Of a DNA stretch of 16,221 bases, positions 5,733 to 12,054 are shown one piece after another. This DNA is from a virus. Every line of letters starts with the position of its first letter. Within the stretch, counting starts at the first letter, position 1. The notes under the pieces are model-generated. The model saw only the letters and a list, made by a program, of their open reading frames with translations, did not search any database and was not told the origin of the DNA. The stretch is from the IMG/VR virus record IMGVR_UViG_3300004481_000091, positions 1 to 16,221 of that record. The stretch is one strand, 5' to 3'. The translations under genes were made by a program, and so were the position numbers.

Positions 5733-6623
5733 TCAGGCAGCGATGATCTTTCGTGCAGTGGGGTAGTGCTCCAACCAGCCGGCAGGACGCAGATGCTCGC
5801 GGCCCGCGTACGGGTCTTCTCCAGCGGCCAATTCGCCCTTGCAGCACGGGCAGGCGCTCCAGGTGCTACCGCGATGCAGCGGGCAGGGCCGCTCCGTGCC
5901 CTGAGCGCGTCTCTGTGGCTCCAGCGCGGCTATGCGTGCCGCGAGTACGCGACCGGGCATTCTGGCGCCGTCCAGGCTCTTGCCGGCTACCTCGGAGACG
6001 ATCTGAGATTCGGCCACGCCTCGCCCGATCGCCTCGATCGTCGCGGTTGTCATTCGACCAAAGTCCATGTTGGACAGTTGGGTTTCGAGCACAGGCAGGG
6101 CGGCCCGCACCCGAGCGACGCACGCCTGCCCTGCCGCTACCTCTCCGTCGGTGCGCTTTTCCCCAACCGATGCGAGCGGGGGGGAGGGGGGGGTTTCCCG
6201 AGGAAGGACGGGGAAAGACGGGGAGGGTGCGTCTACAGAGGCAGAAGGTGCGTCTACAGAGGCAGTAGGCGCGTCTGTAGACGCACCTTTACGTGAGTTA
6301 TCCACAGGCAGAGCGGGCAGGACGTATGTGGTCTGCCGTCCCTTGTGTGCGTAGATGGGGCGTCCGCGTGAATCTTCGCCATGCGAAACGCGGCACTCCA
6401 GTCCTCGAGAGGACAGCCGTTCCAGTACCTGGCGGAGCCGCGAGACTCCGATGATCGTCGAGAGGTTCCATCCGTCCGTATCCCATGCTCGGCGCGCATT
6501 CGGGCCGCGCTCCGAGGCGTTCTCGGCGATCACGTACAGCACCAGTCGCTCTGCCGGCGTGAGGTCACGTCCGGTCCCGCTGGCCAGGTAGTTTGTGACT
6601 TCCTGGCTGAGCTGCCATGCCAT
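5733..6623 (-). CDS. Winged-helix DNA-binding protein, candidate replication initiator
   Basis: The N-terminal wHTH-like segment is LTPAERLVLYVIAENA...STIIGVSRLRQVLERLSSRGLECRV...GRPIYA. A low-complexity P/S/A/T/D linker follows. The C-terminal domain has a Cys/His cluster (CPLH...CPCC). GAAAGG Shine-Dalgarno before ATG 6623. It is the first gene of the early operon, and repeats are embedded in the linker-coding DNA. Confidence 0.45.
   Translation of the reverse strand: MAWQLSQEVTNYLASGTGRDLTPAERLVLYVIAENASERGPNARRAWDTDGWNLSTIIGVSRLRQVLERLSSRGLECRVSHGEDSRGRPIYAHKGRQTTYVLPALPVDNSRKGASTDAPTASVDAPSASVDAPSPSFPVLPRETPPSPPLASVGEKRTDGEVAAGQACVARVRAALPVLETQLSNMDFGRMTTATIEAIGRGVAESQIVSEVAGKSLDGARMPGRVLAARIAALEPQRRAQGTERPCPLHRGSTWSACPCCKGELAAGEDPYAGREHLRPAGWLEHYPTARKIIAA
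6178..6193 (+). repeat. G7-A-G8 homopolymer pair, followed by further G4/G3 tracts up to about 6227
   Basis: Read directly: gggggggagggggggg, then ...acggggaaagacggggaggg. It encodes TPPSPP on the opposite (sense) strand of the Rep-like gene. Confidence 0.9.
6226..6287. repeat. Two tandem 21-bp repeats plus an inverted copy (candidate iterons) inside the Rep-like gene
   Basis: GGTGCGTCTACAGAGGCAGAA (6226-6246) and GGTGCGTCTACAGAGGCAGTA (6247-6267) are followed by a degenerate third unit. CTGTAGACGCACC at 6275-6287 is the exact reverse complement of GGTGCGTCTACAG. Confidence 0.85.
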
Positions 6624-6656
6624 ATGCTCGCCTTTCGGCTATGACTGTCGCCGTGC

Positions 6657-6684
6657 GCCCCGGGTCCCATGCCCGGGGCTTTTC
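6657..6684. promoter_or_regulatory. GC-rich hairpin (GCCCCGGG / CCCGGGGC, 7-nt loop) followed by T4, in the Rep/RHH divergent region
   Basis: The arms are at 6657-6664 and 6672-6679, with TTTT at 6680-6683. It looks like a terminator on the plus strand, but no plus-strand gene lies upstream. On the minus strand it falls in the 5' leader of the Rep-like gene. Confidence 0.4.
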
Positions 6685-6706
6685 CTTGCCCGCTGACTGT
6701 AGCAGT

Positions 6707-6725
6707 GTTCACTACCGTTCACTAC
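6707..6725. promoter_or_regulatory. Tandem direct repeat GTTCACTAC x2 (10-bp register), candidate operator upstream of the RHH gene
   Basis: GTTCACTAC at 6707-6715 and 6717-6725. It sits 8 nt upstream of a TACGCT -10-like hexamer (6733-6738), and ATG 6746 lies 7 nt after that hexamer. Confidence 0.45.
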
Positions 6726-6745
6726 GTTGTGGTACGCTGCGATAC

Positions 6746-6889
6746 ATGCTGATCGTCAAGGACACCATTCAGGTCAGGCTCGGCGCGTCGCTGTACGAGC
6801 GGATCTGCCGAGCAGCGGACAAGCGCGGGCTGAACCTCTCCAACCTCACCCGCATGATCTTCATCGACTGGCTTGAGCGAAACGAGTAG
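6746..6889 (+). CDS. Small ribbon-helix-helix (Arc/CopG-like) regulator, 47 aa, probably leaderless
   Basis: MLIVKDTIQVRLGASLYERICRAADKRGLNLSNLTRMIFIDWLERNE fits the beta/alpha/alpha RHH pattern. The start is trimmed from the 90-aa ORF to the ATG directly after a -10-like TACGCT, and there is no Shine-Dalgarno. Confidence 0.6.
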   Translation: MLIVKDTIQVRLGASLYERICRAADKRGLNLSNLTRMIFIDWLERNE

Positions 6890-6891
6890 CC

Positions 6892-7008
6892 ATGAAACGT
6901 CGCCGGGTACGACGAGCATGGTGGCGGCTCTGCCGCTACGCACGGGAACATCAGAGACGGGACTGTCCCGCTGAATATCGACACAACCACTGGCCGAGCA
7001 GCAGGTGA
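6892..7008 (+). CDS. Possible 38-aa arginine-rich peptide
   Basis: The ATG lies 2 nt after the RHH stop, and the stop lies 3 nt before the next ATG: MKRRRVRRAWWRLCRYAREHQRRDCPAEYRHNHWPSSR. Support comes only from tight packing, and the codon bias is weak. Confidence 0.3.
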   Translation: MKRRRVRRAWWRLCRYAREHQRRDCPAEYRHNHWPSSR

Positions 7009-7011
7009 GAG

Positions 7012-7161
7012 ATGAACAACGACGATGAGCGCGACTACGACGAGGAACCAGCGAACAACCAATCAGTATTCGAATATCAAGACCCGGAATGCACGCACTG
7101 CACGCACTGGTCTCGCATGGAAGACATTTGCTGCTGGTGCCACGACGATCCGGAGGTGTGA
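7012..7161 (+). CDS. Small acidic Cys-rich (CxxC ... CCxC) putative zinc-binding protein, 49 aa
   Basis: GGTGAGAG Shine-Dalgarno before ATG 7012. MNNDDERDYDEEPANNQSVFEYQDPECTHCTHWSRMEDICCWCHDDPEV. The stop lies 1 nt before the next GTG start. G/C is reasonably enriched at third codon positions. Confidence 0.5.
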   Translation: MNNDDERDYDEEPANNQSVFEYQDPECTHCTHWSRMEDICCWCHDDPEV

Positions 7162-7162
7162 C

Positions 7163-7444
7163 GTGGCGTATGTAAAGGACGAGTGCGACGCCTGTCAGGC
7201 TGCGATCATCTGGGCGCGCAACGAGAAAACCCTGAAGATGATGCCGATCGACTATGAGCCGGTCGACGTCAATCGGGGAGGTGGAACGATCATTCTCACC
7301 CTCCAGCCTGGTGTGTGGCCATCGGCGAAGGTGGTCACGAATCCCGCGAAACTGTTCGGTGTTCGGATTGTGTACCGGTCGCATTTCGACACGTGTCCAC
7401 ACGCGCATCGCTATAGGCGCGCGCGGACACGTGCAGGCGCCTAG
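7163..7444 (+). CDS. Hypothetical 93-aa protein with CxxC ... CPH motifs and a basic tail
   Basis: GGAGG lies 6 nt upstream of GTG 7163. VAYVKDECDACQAAIIWARNEKTLKMMPIDYEP...YRSHFDTCPHAHRYRRARTRAGA. The start is trimmed from the 139-aa ORF. Confidence 0.6.
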   Translation: MAYVKDECDACQAAIIWARNEKTLKMMPIDYEPVDVNRGGGTIILTLQPGVWPSAKVVTNPAKLFGVRIVYRSHFDTCPHAHRYRRARTRAGA

Positions 7445-7536
7445 AACAGCGCGCCCATCCCCCCGAACATCATCATGAGCCCGTAATAGAGGCTTACCAG
7501 GCCCACATTACCGGCCAGGGCATACCAGAATCGCAT
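7441..7536 (-). CDS. Possible 31-aa hydrophobic membrane peptide at the end of the late operon
   Basis: MRFWYALAGNVGLVSLYYGLMMMFGGMGALF, found by manual translation. It starts 26 nt after the minor tail gene stop, and only a weak GGGAA lies upstream. Its TAG stop shares the CTAG at 7441-7444 with the convergent plus-strand gene. Confidence 0.35.
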   Translation of the reverse strand: MRFWYALAGNVGLVSLYYGLMMMFGGMGALF

Positions 7537-7562
7537 CTTGTTTTCCCGACGCTGCCGGGTGG

Positions 7563-8066
7563 TCAAATGGCCACCCGATAGCTTCCTGTGATGCGCAACC
7601 AATCCCCTGTTGTCCATGATGATGACAAGCCTCCCGAGCCAATGTTTCCCCCGGCTGCGTCATACCAGCCGGCAAGGTGTGTGGTGTCAACGTAGCTCGT
7701 CCCGCCCACTCTGAGCGCGACTCCGGATTCGTTGATCGTGATGTGGTACGCGCCGTTCTCTGACGCATGAGCCGCGAAGGGGAGCAGAAATCGATACGCG
7801 CCAGATCCCGCGTTGAATCCTCCACCGGTGTCGATGCTGAGTAGGTACTGAAACGCACAGATATCCGAATTTGCCGCGCGCCGGTACACGGCGGTTACCG
7901 ATGAGCTGCCCTGCGTCGGGTTGGTGGTCGCCGCTGTGAGCAGGGTCGCCCACGTGCCGTAGGACGTCCATCCGGGCGCGGTCAGCGAGTCGACCTGGTT
8001 GACGATGGCCTGGAGTTGCGCGCCGGTGAGCCGTTGGCCGGCTGAGAAGGTGAGTCCGAGCGTCAT
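7563..8066 (-). CDS. Minor tail protein, candidate receptor-binding protein (167 aa)
   Basis: It is the last sizeable gene of the tail module. The N-terminal LTGAQLQAIVNQVDSL motif is common in actinophage minor tail and fibre proteins. The remainder is G/S/T-rich and beta-like. GAGGTAGGA Shine-Dalgarno. Confidence 0.6.
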   Translation of the reverse strand: MTLGLTFSAGQRLTGAQLQAIVNQVDSLTAPGWTSYGTWATLLTAATTNPTQGSSSVTAVYRRAANSDICAFQYLLSIDTGGGFNAGSGAYRFLLPFAAHASENGAYHITINESGVALRVGGTSYVDTTHLAGWYDAAGGNIGSGGLSSSWTTGDWLRITGSYRVAI

Positions 8067-8072
8067 GGGGTC

Positions 8073-10160
8073 CTACCTCGCGAGAATGAACGGGTCGACG
8101 ACGTGTACCTGCTGGCCGGTGGTGTGCGCCTTGACGACGCCGTTGACGCTCCTGGTCAGCGTGAGGGTCTGTGTGTAGGCGCCGGGGGTACCGCCGACCG
8201 CTGATACCGCCGTCACCGTGCACCGCTCGCCACTGATCAGCACGTCGTAGTCGCCGCTGGCGTGCGTCCAGGCGCACAGGTCGGCACAGGCGACGTCACA
8301 GAGGGTTTCCGTGGTGGTGAGCGCCTCGGCGGTGGTGCAGGCGCCGCAGTCGAGGTATCCGGCGTTGTCGAGGACACCAACGTCGAACATGTCGGCCGGG
8401 GTGGTCCCGATGGCGAGGGTGCGCCGGTGGTTGGTGCTCTGCTCGGTCAGGCTGGTGACCAGGAGCCGCGGCGTGTTCGGGTCTTCGGTGACGGGCACGC
8501 CTGACAGCTCGATGACGCTGCCGACGTCGATGCCGGTCACGTCGACTGCGCTGGCGTCAAGGTCGACGACGAGGTTATCCCACCGCGCCTTCTCCGAGGT
8601 GCGGGTCGCGACGAACCAGCCGGCGATGTCGAGCAACTGCCCATCGGTCTCGGGGTTGACGGCCAGGCTGGAGTCGTAGCGGCCGACACCGTTCGGTGGC
8701 GCCAGGATCGACATCGGCCCGGTGGTCAGAGTGACGCGGGCGTTGACGTTGCCCCGGGTCGCCTGCACGTCGTTGCGGACGTCCCGATCGTCGAGGACGG
8801 GCGCCCCGGTTGGGGTGATGTCCCCGGACCAGGCCAGGGTCTGTGCTGTGGTCTGGTTGTACAGCTCCGACAGGGGTTTGTAGACCAGGCCGATGGCGTC
8901 GGAGTCTTCGAACAGCACTCCGCCATCGGTTCTGGCGGTCTCGGTGAGGATCGCGGGCAGCGTCGCCAACGGCTGCGGGCCCATCGGGGTTGTCTCCGCC
9001 GCGGTCCCGAGAACGGTGATCGTCACGCTCTCCTCGGCGCAGATTCGGGTCATCCGGTCTGCGGCGGTCTCACCGGTCCAGGCGATCATCGCCTGTGAGT
9101 TGTCCGGCGAGGCGGTGTCGTACACGGCGAGGTGGCCGATGTACACCGTGGCTGCCCCGATGTCCGGGAACACCTCTTGTGGGTCGGTGGTCAGGTTCAG
9201 GATCCGGCCGACGGTTGACGCGGTGGTTGCCACGCCGAGTGAAACACCGTCCAGGAACAGCTCTACCAGCATGTTCGCTCCGGATTGGGTCACGGTGGCC
9301 CGGACGTGGCGCCAGGTTCCCCGGAAGGTCACGACGTCGGAAACGCCTGACGCGGTTGTGCTCGACTTCAGGGTGCGGTGGTAGACCGCCAGGATCTCGA
9401 TGTTGCTGGAAGTGTCGTACTGGTAATCGATCGTCCAGTGCGTTTCTTCCCCGGTGGTGTCCCATCCGACGAACCTGACCAGGTCATCTTGTGTGGTGTC
9501 CGGGTCGACGTAGGCCATGAACTCGATGTCGAAGCGGCCAGCGGTCGAGTTCAGTTGGGTGCGGAGCCCGCCGAGTCGGCCGCTGGCGATGGTCCGGACG
9601 AGTACCGGCTTCCCTGGTGCGCCAGCGGGCCCGTCCGGTGCGGTGTCCTCGCTGAACAGCGGCGCGTCGACCATCTCCAGCGGCGTGCCACCGGCGATGC
9701 TGCTCGCCGCGCTCGTCGACCCCTTCGCGTCGTTCAGCTGCCAGTAGCCGATGGGGTCACCGGACAGGACACCGCGCTCCAGGGCCGCGCGGAGCGGCGT
9801 TGAGCCGCGGTTGAGCCGCTGGAGTACGCCAGCAGCGGCAATCTCGGTCCACCGGTCCCCGCCCGCGGTGCGCTTCGGCTTCCAGGATGTTTCGCCGGTC
9901 CATCGCACCGCGCCGTCCACGGTGATCCGGATCGGCGTGTTCCGGCCGACGAGACCGTAGACCGGGCTCGTCGGGTTGAGCGGCGACCAGGCGCCATCCA
10001 CTGACCGGATCGAGCCGGACAGGGCCGCCGGCACCGGCTCCAGGGTCACCGGCGAGTAGGCCCGCGACCACCTCAGCGGCGAGCGGATCAGGAAAGTGCT
10101 GGTGTGGTCGTGCCACGCTGACGAGTAGTACAGCTCGATCAGAACGGTATGCGCGGTCAT
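8073..10160 (-). CDS. Distal tail (Dit)-like minor tail protein with an inserted LamG/concanavalin-like domain (695 aa)
   Basis: It lies immediately after the tape measure (ATGA overlap). The N-terminus is ...GSIRSVDGAWSPLNPTSPVYGLVGRNTPIRITVDG... as in actinophage Dit-type proteins. The central segment IGYWQLNDAKGS...TWRHVRATVTQSGANMLVELFLDGVSLG...VYIGHLAVYD matches the LamG-like pattern. The C-terminus is Cys-rich. Confidence 0.65.
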   Translation of the reverse strand: MTAHTVLIELYYSSAWHDHTSTFLIRSPLRWSRAYSPVTLEPVPAALSGSIRSVDGAWSPLNPTSPVYGLVGRNTPIRITVDGAVRWTGETSWKPKRTAGGDRWTEIAAAGVLQRLNRGSTPLRAALERGVLSGDPIGYWQLNDAKGSTSAASSIAGGTPLEMVDAPLFSEDTAPDGPAGAPGKPVLVRTIASGRLGGLRTQLNSTAGRFDIEFMAYVDPDTTQDDLVRFVGWDTTGEETHWTIDYQYDTSSNIEILAVYHRTLKSSTTASGVSDVVTFRGTWRHVRATVTQSGANMLVELFLDGVSLGVATTASTVGRILNLTTDPQEVFPDIGAATVYIGHLAVYDTASPDNSQAMIAWTGETAADRMTRICAEESVTITVLGTAAETTPMGPQPLATLPAILTETARTDGGVLFEDSDAIGLVYKPLSELYNQTTAQTLAWSGDITPTGAPVLDDRDVRNDVQATRGNVNARVTLTTGPMSILAPPNGVGRYDSSLAVNPETDGQLLDIAGWFVATRTSEKARWDNLVVDLDASAVDVTGIDVGSVIELSGVPVTEDPNTPRLLVTSLTEQSTNHRRTLAIGTTPADMFDVGVLDNAGYLDCGACTTAEALTTTETLCDVACADLCAWTHASGDYDVLISGERCTVTAVSAVGGTPGAYTQTLTLTRSVNGVVKAHTTGQQVHVVDPFILAR

Positions 10161-11446
10161 GCTGGCGTCCCGAGCGTGATCTGAACGTCCCCGCCGCGGC
10201 GCCCGATCGCCTCGGCGAGGATGTCAACCAACGCATCGCCGATGCGGGTGCCATCCGATTGGATGACGATCGGTGCCGGCTTGGACGCTTGCCCTGGTGG
10301 TGTGATGGTCTCACCGGCCTGGAGTACGGCGACCATTTCAGATCCGGGCGGCCCTGGCACGGTCCCTCCGGAGTGGAACTTCGGCAGGTGCGGCGCGCTG
10401 ATCGTGTTGCCGCCGATCTGCGGCACCCAACCGGGCACCGACCAGGACAGCCGGCCGACGGTGTTGTTCCACGCGTCCGCAACGAAGTTGAACGCGGTTC
10501 TGAACGGCCAGCTGATGATGCTGACCAGGCCCGAGAACGCCGACCGGAGGACGCCGGGTATGCCGGCCATCTTGTCCAGCATGAACTTGCCGGCGTTCCA
10601 CGCCATGGTGTACCCGCCAACGATCCAGTCAACGACGAACTGGAATGTGGCTTTGATGGCTTTCCAGGTGGCTTCCCACGCGGTCTGGAACCAGGTGGTT
10701 TTCGTGGCGATCACGATGATGGCGCCTACCAGTGCGGCGATACCCAGCACGATCAGCCCGATCGGGTTGGCGGACAGGGCGACGTTCAGCAGCCACTGTG
10801 CCGCCGTCCAGACGCCGGTAGCGACCGCCGAGGCGCCCATCGCGACCTTGCTCGCGACCATGCTGGCCGTTGACGTGATGGTGGAGGTGTTCAGCGCGGT
10901 GTTGGCGAGCATGAGTAGGTCAGTCACGCCGACCACACCCATGATGATCGGGCTGATCAGTTCCATCTTTTCCCCCCACTCTTGGATCTTGGAGGGTGGT
11001 TCTGCGTCGCGCTGCGCCTGGTTGAGCGCGAGCTGGGCCTCACGTGCTTCGATCGAGCCGGCCCCGAACTCCTTCGTCGCGTCGGTCAAGTCCTTCTGGG
11101 CCTTCTCGACGTTGATCTGTGCCTGCGCCTGCCGGTCGGCTGCGCTGGCCGCGGCGTCCTGAAGGTCGGTGAACGCGGTCATCGCGCCACCGATGTCACC
11201 TACCCCGCCGGAGAGTTGCGAGAAGGCGCCCGAGGCGGTGTCCAGGGATTCCCCGAGGCGGCCCGAGGCCCGGCCCATCGAGTCGAACGCCTGTTCTGTC
11301 GAGCCCATCTGGCTCGACATGGCCGATGAGGCCCGGCCGACGTCGGCCGCCATGCCAGCGGCGCCCTGGCCGACGCGGGCCATAGCCTTCTCTACCGCGA
11401 GGCTGTCACCGGCGAAGGTGAGTGTTACCTGGTTGCCGGCCATCAC
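10157..11446 (-). CDS. Tail tape measure protein (about 429 aa, short)
   Basis: It has a coiled-coil, A/Q-rich N-terminal region and central hydrophobic segments (ELISPIIMGVVGVTDLLMLA..., NPIGLIVLGIAALVGAIIVIA). It lies between the chaperone region and the Dit-like gene. The start is GTG 11446 or ATG 11443, overlapping the upstream stop. Confidence 0.85.
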   Translation of the reverse strand: MMAGNQVTLTFAGDSLAVEKAMARVGQGAAGMAADVGRASSAMSSQMGSTEQAFDSMGRASGRLGESLDTASGAFSQLSGGVGDIGGAMTAFTDLQDAAASAADRQAQAQINVEKAQKDLTDATKEFGAGSIEAREAQLALNQAQRDAEPPSKIQEWGEKMELISPIIMGVVGVTDLLMLANTALNTSTITSTASMVASKVAMGASAVATGVWTAAQWLLNVALSANPIGLIVLGIAALVGAIIVIATKTTWFQTAWEATWKAIKATFQFVVDWIVGGYTMAWNAGKFMLDKMAGIPGVLRSAFSGLVSIISWPFRTAFNFVADAWNNTVGRLSWSVPGWVPQIGGNTISAPHLPKFHSGGTVPGPPGSEMVAVLQAGETITPPGQASKPAPIVIQSDGTRIGDALVDILAEAIGRRGGDVQITLGTPA

Positions 11447-11859
11447 GTCACGTCCAGGCCAGCGTCAGAGACCACCTTGGCGAGGGCGGTCTCAAGAATC
11501 GCCTGGAAGCGCTCCCGGTTGGCGTAGAACGCGGGGTACACGTACCGGCCGTCCCCGATGAACGGGCGCCGTGCGGTCTTGTTCCGGCCCGTGCGCCCGC
11601 CGTAGTCCAACCAGGGGAAGTACGGTGCCCGCTTGCCACCGGAGGTAACCCGGGCCGCCGTGCGGGTGCTGGCGGCCCGGATGGACTGTGCGGCACGGCC
11701 GGTGCGGCGCGGTACGCCGGCCCGCGCCGCTTCGACAACGACCATCGCTGCCTCGTTCGCCGCGAGCCGGAGCGCCTTCGGTGCGTCGCTGGAGATCGAG
11801 CGCAGAGACCGGTTCAGCTGGGCGAGGCCTTCCACCCGTACCGTGTCGATGATCGGCAT
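11443..11859 (-). CDS. HK97 gp10-family head-tail/tail completion protein (138 aa), in an atypical position
   Basis: MPIIDTVRVEGLAQLNRSLRSIS...AANEAAMVVVEAARAGVPRRTGRAAQSIR...RAPYFPWLDYGGRTGRN...RPFI resembles the HK97 gp10-like family pattern. The ATG directly follows the TAG of the T-frame ORF. Confidence 0.6.
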   Translation of the reverse strand: MPIIDTVRVEGLAQLNRSLRSISSDAPKALRLAANEAAMVVVEAARAGVPRRTGRAAQSIRAASTRTAARVTSGGKRAPYFPWLDYGGRTGRNKTARRPFIGDGRYVYPAFYANRERFQAILETALAKVVSDAGLDVT

Positions 11860-12054
11860 CTATCCCGCCTTCAGTCGTGCCAGCTCTTCCCGTTGCGCCC
11901 GCCGTGCGTAGAAAATGCACCAGTGGAGGAATTCGTCACTCGACATCGAGTGGCGGAGTTCCTCCACTGTCCGGCCCAACTTCTGTGCTAGGTAGAACTC
12001 GAACTCCATCGTCGGATCCGCTTCGAAGGCTTTTGTACGCCTCCTTGTCGGCCC
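11860..12054 (-). CDS. T-frame extension of the tail assembly chaperone, reached by a +1 (or -2) frameshift from the G frame
   Basis: The frame is open from 12081 to TAG 11860-11862. It encodes ...MEFEFYLAQKLGRTVEELRHSMSSDEFLHWCIFYARRAQREELARLKAG, and no Shine-Dalgarno precedes its internal ATG (12009). Candidate slip sites are CCG-GGG-GCC (G5 run at 12052-12056) and TAC-AAA-AGC (A4 run at 12031-12034). Confidence 0.5.
   Translation of the reverse strand, partial: GPTRRRTKAFEADPTMEFEFYLAQKLGRTVEELRHSMSSDEFLHWCIFYARRAQREELARLKAG

Noticed and set aside
5722-5847. N-terminal extension of ORF 5407-5847 (146 aa)
   Set aside because: The extension overlaps the 3' end of the Rep-like gene and is Arg-rich out-of-frame sequence. 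An internal GTG at 5721 with a good Shine-Dalgarno follows the upstream stop.
6617-6745. N-terminal extension of the RHH ORF (90-aa version) and the 139-aa version of ORF 7025-7444
   Set aside because: The extensions run through the regulatory region or through the better-supported 49-aa ORF, and they lack start signals. The internal ATG 6746 and GTG 7163 have better context.
6722-7408. 228-aa minus-strand ORF (and 6769-7062) antisense to the plus-strand micro-operon
   Set aside because: It has no Shine-Dalgarno and no motifs. It would run head-on into the Rep/RHH control region. The plus-strand ORFs show coupled stops and starts and recognisable RHH and Cys motifs.
10221-11162. Plus-strand ORFs antisense to the late genes. 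One of 313 aa is antisense to the tape measure gene. Similar ones lie at 12787-13455, 14249-14947 and 14944-15696.
   Set aside because: They have no Shine-Dalgarno sequences or motifs and a low-complexity composition. They lie fully inside well-supported minus-strand genes.
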